64,000 bases of DNA, from the NCBI GenBank assembly GCA_032250835.1, contig JAVVEA010000010.1, positions 32,001-96,000 on the forward strand, written 5' to 3'. How positions within the stretch are numbered: position 1 is the first letter of the stretch; the number at the start of each line of letters is the position of its first letter. Positions 18,703 to 29,079 of the stretch are shown here, piece by piece. The translations under genes were made by a program, and so were the position numbers. The notes under the pieces were generated by a model. That model saw only the letters and a list, made by a program, of their open reading frames with translations. It did not search any database and was not told the origin of the DNA. The DNA is from a bacterium. Lineage in GTDB: Bacteria > SAR324 > XYD2-FULL-50-16.

Positions 18703-20196
18703 TTATTCCTGTGCGGCAATCAGTTTTTCTCGCAGTTGCTCGATAGACTTCAAGACGTCAGGACTGCCGGTGAAGGTTTCTGCTCGATCCAATTGGTCGA
18801 GCAGTGTCTTGGCACTGGAGCCGCCAAAGTTGGGCTGCTTCAATCGACCTTCGATGAGTTCCATCGTAAGGGTGATGACATTTTCCCGTAGTTGGTTGCG
18901 TTTCGTCAAGGCGTTGTACAGCTGTGCGTCCGATTCTGCGTAAAGCGCGGACTCTTCGAACTGGCGGATCGCCTCGAGCATCTTCTCGATGCGGGCCTGT
19001 TCGTCTTTGATGGTTAACGCCATCTTTTGGGTTTCTAAACCGGCAATGAAGGCCCGACCATAATCGGAGTCGGACTTGATGGCCTTTTGAACCCGAATGG
19101 TGCGGTAGGTCTTGCGCTCTTCGGACTCACGCTCTTTTTCTTCGAGCAACATACCCCGGCTGATCACCGTTTGGTCGATTAAAGCGAAGAAGTTGACGTA
19201 AACGCTGGTGTCGGAGTTCTTATAGACCACCGGCGGGATGTCCAATACCTTGGGGTTAAAGGAAGCCCGCAGGAAGGTCCGCTTTGGATACTTGCTGTTG
19301 TTGACCACTTCAATGTTGTTTAGGTACTCCAAGCTGGGCACCGGGCGGATCAGATTGGTTTTCTCCGAGTTGGGGATGGTGATGTCCATCACAAACTCTT
19401 TGGTGTATTGTTTGGTCCGCTTGTTATACAACTTGCGCTCGTAAATCTCGATGGGGAAGTTCTCCCCTTGTAGTGCAATGTTTTGGTCAAATTGGATCTC
19501 CACGCCGAACTGAGCAACGCCGTCTTCAACCATCCCTTTGGGGTTGGCGACGATTTTGTTGACGCCATAAGCCCGGCCCATCACGTCCTCGCCTAATTCC
19601 TTCGAAGCCAAGAGATGGTTGCTTTTGAGCAGCTTGTAAGCCGTTTCATAGGTAACCAATTCACTGGTGCCGTTCATCAGGTCGATGATGTAGCGGAACT
19701 TAGAGCCCGTCTCGTCGCGCCCGAAGGCCGTTTCGTGGGGGCTGATCAAGTTAAAGGACTTGATCTGGTACTTAAAGTTCTGCCCTTCCAAGGGATCGGC
19801 AGGGCCATATTCTTTGATGTACACGTTGGCCTGAAGCGCCTGGCGGTGGAAGACGTTTTTGTCGAGCACCACAAAACGGGTATCCATAGGGTCTAAAAAC
19901 AACAGGCTGCGGTTGTCTGAAAGCAACAGCATGTCGTCTCTGGTCCACTTATAGATCTGGTCCATATACCATTTGTGAGAACTTCCGTCCGAGAGGATTA
20001 CCGAAATAAAGTAATCCTTTGGAGAGGCATTCTGCACGTAGGTAGAGGCCACGGTGTAGCGCCCTAAAGTACCTTTGTCCAAGACCCGGGCGAGGGCCAT
20101 GGCATTTTCCTTATCGGTGTACTTAGGCATACCCAAGGCTTGGGTGATGCTTAAGGCCAACAGGGCGATAGTGGTTAACCAGGTTTTCGGCTTCAT
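18703..20196 (-). CDS. Secreted hypothetical protein
   Basis: GAAAGGA RBS, signal peptide MKPKTWLTTIALLALSITQALG, long ORF in line with cheZ. Confidence 0.8.
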   Translation of the reverse strand: MKPKTWLTTIALLALSITQALGMPKYTDKENAMALARVLDKGTLGRYTVASTYVQNASPKDYFISVILSDGSSHKWYMDQIYKWTRDDMLLLSDNRSLLFLDPMDTRFVVLDKNVFHRQALQANVYIKEYGPADPLEGQNFKYQIKSFNLISPHETAFGRDETGSKFRYIIDLMNGTSELVTYETAYKLLKSNHLLASKELGEDVMGRAYGVNKIVANPKGMVEDGVAQFGVEIQFDQNIALQGENFPIEIYERKLYNKRTKQYTKEFVMDITIPNSEKTNLIRPVPSLEYLNNIEVVNNSKYPKRTFLRASFNPKVLDIPPVVYKNSDTSVYVNFFALIDQTVISRGMLLEEKERESEERKTYRTIRVQKAIKSDSDYGRAFIAGLETQKMALTIKDEQARIEKMLEAIRQFEESALYAESDAQLYNALTKRNQLRENVITLTMELIEGRLKQPNFGGSSAKTLLDQLDRAETFTGSPDVLKSIEQLREKLIAAQE

Positions 20197-20235
20197 GGCT
20201 GATCCTTTCATTGGGGGGGGAGTCCCGCTTAAAAC

Positions 20236-21183
20236 TTACTTGTAGTCCTTGCCGAGGTAGATCTCAATATCTACGCCGACCCGTTCGGTCTGATCCAGCA
20301 TCGGGACAACCCTTTGCTCACCGTCGATCAGTGTGGCCAGGGTCAACGCTGATTTGAGGTAATTTTCCCGGTAATAGATGGTGGTATCAACGGGGCGCTC
20401 ACTCGGAGCGTTGGAGATATTGACAATATCCAACTTCATGCCCAAGGCTTCTTCAATATTGCGTTTCTGCAAGTTGCCTAAGAACACGCTTAGCTGGTAG
20501 GCCCGCTTTGAGTAGCCGGTGCCGTTGAGCAGCGAGATTTGCATGACCGTGGGTTTGCGGTATTGCTTGATGATCTCGCGGGCGTCTTTTTGTAATTTTT
20601 CCGAAGAAGCCTGCTTTTGGGCTTCTAGTTCCTTTAGGCGCTCTTTGGTGAAGCGCTCTTGGCGGCGGCGGTTGCGGGCCGAGTCGGGCGAGGCTTTTTG
20701 TTGTAACTCAGCCATGACCTTCTCATAGTCGCGTAATAAGACACGTACCAAGGTTTCGCTGATCGGCTTTTGGACTTCCGGCTTTAAAGATTTTTTGCCT
20801 TCCACCACCAAGTCGAGGTTAAAGGATACGTCGGATTCGCCGACTTCCTCTACCGTTTCAACGAGCTTGATGTTTTCTACCGGAACTTCTTCGCCGAAGG
20901 TGATGAAGCCCGAGGGCATTTGCTCGGGGTCCACCAAAGTGGCGGGTAGTTCTAGCGTCAATTTGTTGCTGTTGGGCTTCTGGCGCACCCGGATATTCTC
21001 TAATTCGGCGACATTTAAGATGCCCCGGATTTGGAGGATATAGTCTTCGCCCTGAGGGGTGAGGGTGATGGACTTGATGATGCTGCCTTTATCTACCTGG
21101 GCAAAAGCCGGGGCAGGCAGGGCAAAGGCCAGGGCGATGGCCAGCCAGATCCAGTTTTGGCCGATCCGTTTTAAATGAGTCAT
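20236..21183 (-). CDS. Secreted protein with AMIN-like N-terminus, coiled coil and LytR_C domain
   Basis: Signal peptide ending AFA; LLNGTG..., TTIYY and VDIEIYLGKDY match the LytR C-terminal pattern. Confidence 0.75.
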   Translation of the reverse strand: MTHLKRIGQNWIWLAIALAFALPAPAFAQVDKGSIIKSITLTPQGEDYILQIRGILNVAELENIRVRQKPNSNKLTLELPATLVDPEQMPSGFITFGEEVPVENIKLVETVEEVGESDVSFNLDLVVEGKKSLKPEVQKPISETLVRVLLRDYEKVMAELQQKASPDSARNRRRQERFTKERLKELEAQKQASSEKLQKDAREIIKQYRKPTVMQISLLNGTGYSKRAYQLSVFLGNLQKRNIEEALGMKLDIVNISNAPSERPVDTTIYYRENYLKSALTLATLIDGEQRVVPMLDQTERVGVDIEIYLGKDYK

Positions 21184-21472
21184 GTCGCCACTCCAAGGGA
21201 GGTCCGAGTGTTTTTAGTTGAGCCAAAAGCTCTTTTCGTGACCTCCTCAATGCAGGAACGGGGCCTTTTTTTTTAGGCCCCATTTTTTGTTCCATTTTCG
21301 GTGCTTTCTCTATAGGCGTATCAGCCTGTTAGGCTTGGGAGCAACCTATTTTACCCAGAAGTACCGGGCAATGAAGGGAAAAATCAATCGGCAATTGATT
21401 TTGTTGCCCGGCTCCGGTAATGCTTGCCTAAGGGGATGATTCCCGAGGGATTCCAACGGCTCAAGCGGATTT

Positions 21473-22744
21473 ATGCAAGCAACTTGCGAACATTGTGGTA
21501 AGAACATCAAAGTTGACGAGGCCTCATTAGCTGGCGGCTCGGGCTTTGTGCGCTGTCCCCATTGCGCTAAGGTGACCGCTACCGAAGGGGCCAGCGGGGC
21601 TCAAGAGGTGAGCTGCGACTCCTGCGGCACCCACTACGCCATTGCCAAAGAAAAATTTTCCGCCCCTAGGATTAGCGTCAAGTGCGCCAAGTGCGGTAAC
21701 CACTTCGAAGTGACCGCCGCCGGGGCCTCGGCGGACTCCGACTTGGCCCAAGACCCCTTGGACTTAGACGACTCTGAGTTAGGTGACGCCGAATTGAGCG
21801 AAGATTTTGGCGACGATCTGGGCGACGACGCCATGGACCTGAACGGGGACGGGCTATCGGACTTAGACGAAGAAGACGACTTCGCCAGCTTGGACGACGA
21901 CTTCACCGGCGGCATAGAACCGGAGGGTGAGGCCGAACCCGAAGATGACTTCGCTTCTTTAGACGCCGGGCTAGACGACAGCGACATGGCTGAGCCCAGC
22001 GCTGACTTTGATTTAGGCGAAGACGAACCAGATTTTGACTCAGGCCTACCCGACGAGCCGGATTTAGAAGGGCTTGAAGAAGCCGAGGAATTTGGCGAGA
22101 TGGAAGACGAGATCACCGCCGAAGAACGCAATCTCTTTTTAGGCAGTGAACTGGCCGAAACGGGCCCGGCGCTTTCCAGTAAAAAAACGAAAAGAAAAAA
22201 AGGCAGCCGCGCGCCTTTTTGGTCTTTTATGGGCCTCTTGATGGTGGTGGGCTTGGTGGCCGGCGGGCTGTATTTAAACAAAAACCCGCAATTTCTTCTT
22301 GAGCAAGACTGGGTCCAAATACCCCAAGGCCTGCTAGAATCTAAACCTCAGGTAATGCTTAGCCTCCAAACGCCCTTGAAGGGTCGTTGGGTTGAGAACC
22401 GACAGGTTGGGCGGATTTTTGTTTTAGAAGGCCAGATCAAGAATTATTACCCGGCGGACCGGCCGGTCCATTGGATTCAGATCACGGGCATGTTGCAGGG
22501 GGTCGATGGGGAGCCGATGGCCAAGGCCCACAACCTAGCTGGTCGGGCCTTAAAGGATATTCGGCTGAGCCAGTGGAACCGCGTGAAACTAGAGGCCTAC
22601 GCCAAGCTAGACCCTACGGCGGCACCGAGCTTGAACACCGAGGCGTTGATCCCCTTCCAGATCCTTTTCTTCGACGTAAACGCACCAATCGGCCAGTTGG
22701 TCGCTGAGATCAGCGGGCTTTCGGCTGGTGACGAAGCGCATTAA
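21473..22744 (+). CDS. Double MJ0042-type zinc-ribbon, acidic linker, TM and DUF3426-like protein
   Basis: CEHC..CPHC and CDSC..CAKC, Asp/Glu-rich linker, KKTKRKK then a TM helix, periplasmic IFVLEGQIKN...IPFQILF. Confidence 0.82.
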   Translation: MQATCEHCGKNIKVDEASLAGGSGFVRCPHCAKVTATEGASGAQEVSCDSCGTHYAIAKEKFSAPRISVKCAKCGNHFEVTAAGASADSDLAQDPLDLDDSELGDAELSEDFGDDLGDDAMDLNGDGLSDLDEEDDFASLDDDFTGGIEPEGEAEPEDDFASLDAGLDDSDMAEPSADFDLGEDEPDFDSGLPDEPDLEGLEEAEEFGEMEDEITAEERNLFLGSELAETGPALSSKKTKRKKGSRAPFWSFMGLLMVVGLVAGGLYLNKNPQFLLEQDWVQIPQGLLESKPQVMLSLQTPLKGRWVENRQVGRIFVLEGQIKNYYPADRPVHWIQITGMLQGVDGEPMAKAHNLAGRALKDIRLSQWNRVKLEAYAKLDPTAAPSLNTEALIPFQILFFDVNAPIGQLVAEISGLSAGDEAH

Positions 22745-24765
22745 TAGCCGCGGTTGGCGGCTAGGTTAAGGTGCCGCTCAATGGTCTGGCGCAGGTCATC
22801 GCTACGGGCCGGTTTGCTGAGGTAATCGTCCATCCCCACCGAAAGACAGTATTCCCGATCCTCGCTTAAAGCCCGCGCCGTCAGGGCTACAATCGGCAGA
22901 TGCCGGCCTTTGGCCAGGCCGCGGATTGCGCGGGTCGCCGTATAGCCATCCATTTGAGGCATTAGGCAATCCATTAAGACCAAATCAAAGTCCTCATTCT
23001 CTATGCGAGCCAAGGCCTGCAATCCGTCCGAGGCAATCTGGACCCGGTAGCCCATTTTTTCTAGCAACTTGGAAGTAACCAACTGGTTGATCTCTTCGTC
23101 TTCAACCAGCAGGATATTGGCGTTGTTTTTCCGGGCTGCTGGGTTGGGCCTTTGCGGCTGAGCCGGGCTTAAGGCCGCAGGGGCAACCGGTAATTCTAAT
23201 TCGAACCAGAATCGGCTTCCTTTACCGGGGGTGCTTTCGAGAGAAAGTTCACCCCCCATCAAGCGCACTAACCGCTGGGCAATCGAAAGACCCAATCCCG
23301 CGCCGCCAAAGTCTCGGGTGCTGCTGCTATCGGCTTGAGTGAAGGGCTCGAAGATCTCTGCCTGTTTGTCTTGGTCAATACCGATGCCGGTGTCGGCGAT
23401 CTCAAAACGAAGCTTCTGGGCGGTGCCTTGGTCCTCAACCAGCGAAAGGTTTAATTCCACCGCGCCTTGAGCGGTGAATTTGATGGCGTTGCCCATTAAG
23501 TTAGAAAGGGTTTCCTCAATTAGGCGGGCGTCGCCCAGCAGGCTATCGCTCAGTCCACCTTGGATGTGGTTGTGCAGCTTGAGGCCTTTGATTGTCGCTG
23601 CACCGCTAAAGAGGCGGGTCACCCGCCGCACCATTTCGCTGGGCGAGAAGACTTGAGGTTGGGGCTTGATCTTGCTGGCCTCGATCCTCGAGATGTCCAG
23701 CACTTCGTTGAGTACCTGTAAGAGTGCGGTGCTCGAATGACTGACCATCTGTAACAACTCCCGCTTTTCCTCATCTTTTTCTTGGGACAGCAACAATTCG
23801 GTTAAGCCCAAAATCCCGTTCATCGGGGTGCGGAGTTCGTGACTCATGGTCGCGAGGAAGTTGCTTTTCGCGAGGTTGGCCCGTTCGGCCAATTCGCGCG
23901 CGGCGATCAATTCGCCCTCAAAACGCTTGTGCTCGGTCACATCCTGCACGGTACCGTCAAATTCAACGGCTTCGCCCTGGGCGTCGAAGATAACCTGGCC
24001 CTGTTCGTGAACCGTCCGGACTTCTCCATGGGGCAGGATAATGCGGTGGTCCACCTTATACTCCTCAAGCTTTTTGATTGCCCGGCTCACTCCCTCGGAC
24101 ACCAGATGCCGGTCTTCGGGATGGACCCGGTCTAAGAACGCTTGGTAGGTCGCTTTAAAGGCCTGGGGCTCTAAGCCGAAGATCCGGTATATTTGGTTAG
24201 ACCAAGTTAATGCCCCGGTGCGGATGTCCCAGTGCCAATGGCCGAGTTGACCAATTTCCTGGGCCTTTTCCAGGCGGCTTTCGCTCTGCCGCAGGGCGAT
24301 TTCGCGTTGTTCTTGTTCGGTAATATCTGAAATGAAGGCCGCCACCTGAGCATAGGGGACCCCGTGGTCTGGTAAGACCGACCAGTGAACATCCACGTAG
24401 CGGGTGATGCCGTCAAAGCCTAGCACTTCGGAGCGGAAGCGGTCTTGTTTTTTGCCTTCAAAGACAATCTGTAGCTCCCTGCGGAAGGCGGGCAGCCGCT
24501 CAGGGCAGGGAAAGGCCCGAAAACGTTGGATCAGTTGCTCTGGGTCTTGGGCGCCGAAGAGTTTTAGGGCCGGTGGGTTTAATTGCAAGATCCGGGGGAG
24601 GCCCACCAACCGTTCTAGTTGGTCGGGATGTTGGTCTAGATAGCGATCTAAATCAACCACGCCCGCCTGTTTGAGTTGGGTCAACTCTAGCTGGACTGTT
24701 GAAAAATCTTGAATGAACACCGCCAAAGGGGCGAATTCAATCAAAGAAAGATTGGGCGTGGTCAT
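22741..24765 (-). CDS. PAS-PAS hybrid sensor histidine kinase/response regulator
   Basis: [39 protein letters not shown] and receiver [10 protein letters not shown]. Confidence 0.95.
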   Translation of the reverse strand: MTTPNLSLIEFAPLAVFIQDFSTVQLELTQLKQAGVVDLDRYLDQHPDQLERLVGLPRILQLNPPALKLFGAQDPEQLIQRFRAFPCPERLPAFRRELQIVFEGKKQDRFRSEVLGFDGITRYVDVHWSVLPDHGVPYAQVAAFISDITEQEQREIALRQSESRLEKAQEIGQLGHWHWDIRTGALTWSNQIYRIFGLEPQAFKATYQAFLDRVHPEDRHLVSEGVSRAIKKLEEYKVDHRIILPHGEVRTVHEQGQVIFDAQGEAVEFDGTVQDVTEHKRFEGELIAARELAERANLAKSNFLATMSHELRTPMNGILGLTELLLSQEKDEEKRELLQMVSHSSTALLQVLNEVLDISRIEASKIKPQPQVFSPSEMVRRVTRLFSGAATIKGLKLHNHIQGGLSDSLLGDARLIEETLSNLMGNAIKFTAQGAVELNLSLVEDQGTAQKLRFEIADTGIGIDQDKQAEIFEPFTQADSSSTRDFGGAGLGLSIAQRLVRLMGGELSLESTPGKGSRFWFELELPVAPAALSPAQPQRPNPAARKNNANILLVEDEEINQLVTSKLLEKMGYRVQIASDGLQALARIENEDFDLVLMDCLMPQMDGYTATRAIRGLAKGRHLPIVALTARALSEDREYCLSVGMDDYLSKPARSDDLRQTIERHLNLAANRGY

Positions 24766-24842
24766 AGAGCCGTCCTATTTAATCAGCGCGTCGTTAGGTT
24801 AATGATAACCTATCCGACGCCCTCAAACAATAGGGGGGTTTT

Positions 24843-25154
24843 CTAGGGGTACAATAAAGGGATCACCTCAATGGCCGGGCTTTGGTAGGGATGGTTGGCG
24901 CAGATTAACTCAACCATTTCGGGCCAACGTTCGTCGGGGCATTGGAATTCTAGGCGGCGGTTGGCCACCTGGGTGCGTTGGCCGATGACCCCCTCGTGGG
25001 GCTCGGCTCCGGGGAGGGGGCGGAAGGTCTCGGTCACCGGCGAGGCTAGAGACCAGGAGTCATAAACCCCCAACTGACCCAGGCCCGCCTCGGCCAGGAC
25101 CGATAAAAGCTGTTCCTGGGCCTCGGGCGGACAAATGACGATCAACTTGACCAA
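24843..25154 (-). CDS. Stand-alone NIF3/YqfO insertion (PII/CutA-like) domain protein
   Basis: AGLGQLGVYD, FRPLPGAEPHEG and HPYQSPAIEV motifs. TTG start lies 3 nt after the secG stop. Confidence 0.8.
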   Translation of the reverse strand: MVKLIVICPPEAQEQLLSVLAEAGLGQLGVYDSWSLASPVTETFRPLPGAEPHEGVIGQRTQVANRRLEFQCPDERWPEMVELICANHPYQSPAIEVIPLLYP

Positions 25155-25157
25155 AGC

Positions 25158-25529
25158 TTACTGCGCCGCCGGGGCCGGCTCGCTGGTCGGTGCGGGGGGA
25201 GTCGCTGCCGGTGCTTCTGGGGCCGCTGGTTCAGCTGACATGGGCTGGGTCATCGGGGCGATCGGCTGGTTCTGTTCGATTTGATCGATCACGCTGGACT
25301 GTTTGCCCGCACTGGTTTGCCAAGTCAAAAAGGCGCTGGTCAGCATAAAGAGGATGGCCATCACGGTGGTGAACTTAGCCATCACCGTTTGCTGGCTTCG
25401 GGCCGACTGAGATTGGCCCATGCTGCCGAAGGCGGCACCAAGTTCCGCACCCTTGCCGACTTGCAATAGCACCGCGAAGATGATGAAAAAACAGGTGAGG
25501 ATGTGGATGGCGATCAAAAAACCGTTCAT
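25158..25529 (-). CDS. secG: Preprotein translocase subunit SecG
   Basis: VLLQVGKGAELGAAFG, two TM helices, directly after tpiA. Confidence 0.95.
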   Translation of the reverse strand: MNGFLIAIHILTCFFIIFAVLLQVGKGAELGAAFGSMGQSQSARSQQTVMAKFTTVMAILFMLTSAFLTWQTSAGKQSSVIDQIEQNQPIAPMTQPMSAEPAAPEAPAATPPAPTSEPAPAAQ

Positions 25530-25540
25530 ATACGAGACTC

Positions 25541-26299
25541 CTAGTATGCTTGGATAATCGAGATAAATTCGTCGGCCTTGAGGCTCGCGCCGCCGACCAA
25601 CAGGCCGTCAATGTCCGTTTGGCCCAAGATGTCGGCCGCGTTGGCCCCCTTGACGCTGCCACCGTATAAGATGGGCGTGGCTTGGGACATCTGGATGCCT
25701 TGGATTTCCTCTAGCAGGTTGCGGATCATTTTGTGGATCTCTTCAGCCTGTTCGGGGGAAGCGGTTTTGCCGGTGCCGATGGCCCAGATGGGCTCATAGG
25801 CCAAGACGATCTCTCCCCAAAGGGAAGGCTCGACGGCTGTGTAGACCGCTTTGATTTGGTTTTGGATCTTTTCGATATGTTGACCCGACTCGCGCTCGGC
25901 CAAGGTCTCGCCGACGCAAACGATGGAGCGCATGCCCGCTTCGATTTGGGCCTTTGCCTGGGCGGCTACTTCCGCGTCGCTTTCGTGGTGGTCTTGGCGG
26001 CGCTCCGAATGGCCCGCTAGAGCGTAGCGGCAGCCTAAGGCCTGCAAAAGTTCCGGCGACAGGTCCCCGGTGTGGGCTCCTTCGCGGTGGCCCGAGCTGG
26101 TCTGGGCCCCAAAGGTTAGGCCGCTTTCGGCGGTCCATTCGGCTAAGAAGGTCAACAGAGGCGCTTGGGGTAGTAAGACCACCTCCAAACCGGGCTTCAT
26201 TTTGAGTTCGTGCTTGAGCTCGTCTACTAAGTCAAAGGCTTGATCGGGCAATAGGTTCATTTTCCAGTTGCCCGCGATGATGCATTTACGTCCCATCAC
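25541..26299 (-). CDS. tpiA: Triosephosphate isomerase
   Basis: [29 protein letters not shown] and LVGGASL. Confidence 0.98.
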   Translation of the reverse strand: MMGRKCIIAGNWKMNLLPDQAFDLVDELKHELKMKPGLEVVLLPQAPLLTFLAEWTAESGLTFGAQTSSGHREGAHTGDLSPELLQALGCRYALAGHSERRQDHHESDAEVAAQAKAQIEAGMRSIVCVGETLAERESGQHIEKIQNQIKAVYTAVEPSLWGEIVLAYEPIWAIGTGKTASPEQAEEIHKMIRNLLEEIQGIQMSQATPILYGGSVKGANAADILGQTDIDGLLVGGASLKADEFISIIQAY

Positions 26300-27480
26300 T
26301 TCTTCTCCGCCAAAGCCTCTACCCCAGGCAAACGGTTCCCTTGCATGAATTCCAAGGAAGCGCCGCCGCCGGTCGAGATGTGAGAAATCTTGTCGGCCAA
26401 TCCGGCCATGTTGATCGCGGTGACCGAATCGCCCCCTCCGATCACCGTAACTCCGGGATTATTGGCCACCACGTCGGCGATAGCCATGGTCCCGGTCTTA
26501 AATGTTTCCCATTCGAAGACGCCCATCGGCCCGTTCCAGAACAGACTGCCCGCTTCAGCGGCGATTTTGGAAAACTGCGTGATCGTTTGGGGGCCAATGT
26601 CGAGGCCCATCCAACCGGCGTCAATGTCTCCGGTGAAACTCTTAGGGGCGCTGTCTTCGGCAAATTCTTGGGCGCAGATGTGGTCCACCGGAAGGTGGAT
26701 GCCCTTGCCTAGCTTTTCGGCCTTGGCGAGGATACGCTCGGCGAGGTCCAACTTATCTTTTTCGACCCGAGAGCTACCGACCTGGACGCCCTTAACCTTC
26801 AAGAAGCTGTAGGCCATGGCCCCGCCAATTAAGATATGGTCGGCCAGATCCAGCAGGTTGTTGAGCAGTTCTACTTTGTCGGAAACCTTAGAACCGCCGG
26901 TGATGGTCACAAAAGGCCGTTTTGGGTTGGTCAATAATTGGCCCAGGTATTCTAATTCCCGCTGCATCAGGTAGCCGCAGGCAGCGTCCGGGAAGTGTTT
27001 GGCCACGCCGAAGGTGCTGGCGTGGGCCCGGTGGCAGGTACCGAAGGCGTCCATCACAAACTGGTCGGCCAAGCTGGCCAACTCGCGAGCAAACTGGGGG
27101 TCGTTGTCGGTTTCTTCGGGGTAAAAACGCAGGTTTTCCAGCAGGATGCAGTGGCCTTCTTTAAGGCAGTCAATCGCACTTTCGGCGACTGCACCGAGCA
27201 GGTCTGGCGAGAAGGAGACGGGCTTGCCTAAGAGGCGCTCTAAATCAGCGGCAACGGGGCGCAGGCTGTATTCTTCGGCCCGTTGTCCCTTAGGACGGCC
27301 CAGATGACTGACTAGGATCAGGCGCGCACCATGGTCTAGTAGATACCGGATGGTGGGCAAGGCGGCTTTGATGCGGGTGTCATCGGCAACTTTGCCGTCC
27401 TTTAGCGGCACGTTGAAGTCAACGCGCAGCAACACCTTTTTGCCTTTAACCTCTAGATCCTCAATGGTCAGCTTATTCAT
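26296..27480 (-). CDS. pgk: Phosphoglycerate kinase
   Basis: [29 protein letters not shown] and [11 protein letters not shown]. Confidence 0.98.
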   Translation of the reverse strand: MNKLTIEDLEVKGKKVLLRVDFNVPLKDGKVADDTRIKAALPTIRYLLDHGARLILVSHLGRPKGQRAEEYSLRPVAADLERLLGKPVSFSPDLLGAVAESAIDCLKEGHCILLENLRFYPEETDNDPQFARELASLADQFVMDAFGTCHRAHASTFGVAKHFPDAACGYLMQRELEYLGQLLTNPKRPFVTITGGSKVSDKVELLNNLLDLADHILIGGAMAYSFLKVKGVQVGSSRVEKDKLDLAERILAKAEKLGKGIHLPVDHICAQEFAEDSAPKSFTGDIDAGWMGLDIGPQTITQFSKIAAEAGSLFWNGPMGVFEWETFKTGTMAIADVVANNPGVTVIGGGDSVTAINMAGLADKISHISTGGGASLEFMQGNRLPGVEALAEKK

Positions 27481-27697
27481 GGCTCCCCGTCCAAATGATT
27501 TGCAAAAGAGTCCAATTTTGTCTGGCTTAGGGGCATGCTGTCAAGGCTTCTTCGAGGGGGGCTAGAAGCCGATAAATTGAGGGCTGCGACCATATTGTCG
27601 AGTCAACTTCCAAGAGGGGGCTGAAGTCGCCGAAATGGTCGATTTTTAGCTGGGGGTATAATAGGTTACTATGTTGTAATCTAATATAAAACTGCTT

Positions 27698-27713
27698 GGG
27701 CATAGCCTATGCA
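27698..27713 (+). promoter_or_regulatory. Candidate sigma54 -24/-12 promoter
   Basis: GGGCATAGCCTATGCA is GG-N10-GC, ~55 nt upstream of the small ORF at 27768. Confidence 0.4.
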
Positions 27714-27767
27714 GTAGCATCCCCAGATTAATTCAAACCTGTTCGTCTTGACTTGAAGGAGGGAGAG

Positions 27768-27986
27768 ATGAGAACGCGAATCAACCGCCGCAGAAAGAAC
27801 GCAAAAAACTTCAACCCTGGGCACGCCGAATTAGCTAGCGCCGTTCAGGAATTCATGAACCACGGCGGGCAGATCCACAAGATCGCTGCCACCGATGACA
27901 ACCTCAACGTCTTTTTAGAGAAAAAGGACGAACGTGCCGTCGACGAATTTTTGCTTGGCGGTGTGGTAGAGTCTTCTCGCTGGTAG
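27768..27986 (+). CDS. Small SutA-like protein
   Basis: AGGAGG RBS. ELASAVQEFMNHGGQIHKI resembles the SutA core (LARAMEEFLARGGKVQEI). Confidence 0.55.
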   Translation: MRTRINRRRKNAKNFNPGHAELASAVQEFMNHGGQIHKIAATDDNLNVFLEKKDERAVDEFLLGGVVESSRW

Positions 27987-28115
27987 GCCTAGGCTTACCC
28001 TCTTTGGTGCAGACGGATACAAGTGGGGGCAACGGGCCGCTGGTCGATAGGTGCTAGGCGCTCGCTGCATACATGCCTTGGGCCCTTAGGGGCCTCAAGC
28101 CCCAGTCTGGGCCCA

Positions 28116-28463
28116 CTAGGCATCCGCTTTAGCGGCAAAAAACACGTCGCTCAACCGGGTCGCTAAGGCCAGTTCCCCACGAACCTTCAGCTTGCCGCTC
28201 AAGACCGCCTTGTAGCCCGGCAAAATCCCCTTGAACATTTTCAGCAGATCCCGGTCGCGCACTTCTAAGATGCAGTCTGCCGGTTTTTCTTCAAAACTCA
28301 CCCCTGGTTGGTCTTTAAGGTCTAAGTGGAAGAATCCGCCTTGGGGCCCGGAGACTTTAAAGAGAAATACGGCGTTGATTTGGGCTACCTTTTGGGGGTC
28401 CCGCTCGATCCCACGGGCCACCTTTTCAAAGAGCTCGCGGATCGTTAGTTCAGCTTCGCTCAT
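28116..28463 (-). CDS. SCP2 sterol/lipid-binding domain protein
   Basis: FKVSGPQGGFFHLD, ADCIL and AVLSGKLKVRGELALA. Confidence 0.88.
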   Translation of the reverse strand: MSEAELTIRELFEKVARGIERDPQKVAQINAVFLFKVSGPQGGFFHLDLKDQPGVSFEEKPADCILEVRDRDLLKMFKGILPGYKAVLSGKLKVRGELALATRLSDVFFAAKADA

Positions 28464-28467
28464 CGCC

Positions 28468-29079
28468 CTACCCTAGCCAAGAAAGGTCTCCCGCCCCTTC
28501 ACGGATCACTTGCGGCGGGTCAACCGAAAAGTCGATCATCGTTGATTCCTGGATCAACAGATCTCCACCATCGACGATCAGATCCACCTGATTGCCGTAT
28601 TCTTCTTCAATCGACCAAGGGTAAAAATGGGTCTGGTCGGGCTCACGGGGCAAACTGCTGGTGACGATCGGGCGGTTCATGGCTTCGGCTAACGCCAAGG
28701 CAATGGGGGCCTTGGGTAACTTGACGCCGATGGTCGAGCGCTTGGTCCAAAGCACTTTAGGGATCAGCTTAGAGGCCTCAAAAATAAAGCAATAGGGGCC
28801 GGGGACCAGGGATTTAATCTGGCGGTAGAGCGGCGTGGGGATGCCTTTGGTGTATTGGGCAAATTGGCCGGGATCAGAACAGACGAAGGTGAAGGGCTTG
28901 GTCCGGTCGATTTGTTTGATCATTTCGATCCGTTTCATCGCCTTTTTTGATTCAATGGCGCAGCCAAAAACATAGGCCGAGGCGGTCGGGAAGATCACCA
29001 AACCATCATTTTCCATCGCCTCGGCGACCTGCGCGATCAGGCGCGGCTGAGGGGATTGGGGGTGGATCGTTAACATCAT
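28468..29079 (-). CDS. Sua5/YciO/YrdC family protein (YciO-like)
   Basis: IHPQSPQPRLI, IFPTASAY, PGPYCFIF, KRSTIG and STMID. ATGA overlap with trmL. Confidence 0.9.
   Translation of the reverse strand: MMLTIHPQSPQPRLIAQVAEAMENDGLVIFPTASAYVFGCAIESKKAMKRIEMIKQIDRTKPFTFVCSDPGQFAQYTKGIPTPLYRQIKSLVPGPYCFIFEASKLIPKVLWTKRSTIGVKLPKAPIALALAEAMNRPIVTSSLPREPDQTHFYPWSIEEEYGNQVDLIVDGGDLLIQESTMIDFSVDPPQVIREGAGDLSWLG

Noticed and set aside
21089-21295. 68-aa ORF or leader peptide upstream of the LytR_C gene
   Set aside because: It overlaps the real gene out of frame and has no recognisable features. The GGGGCC/GGCCCC hairpin there is too short to interpret.
21730-22120. GAC/GAA-rich repetitive DNA as a repeat element
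   Set aside because: Explained by the Asp/Glu-rich coding linker; the repeated peptide uses different codons.
27987-28115. Possible ncRNA (6S/SRP-like) between convergent genes
   Set aside because: Only short GC-rich hairpins; no family motif recognised by eye. An Rfam scan would be needed.
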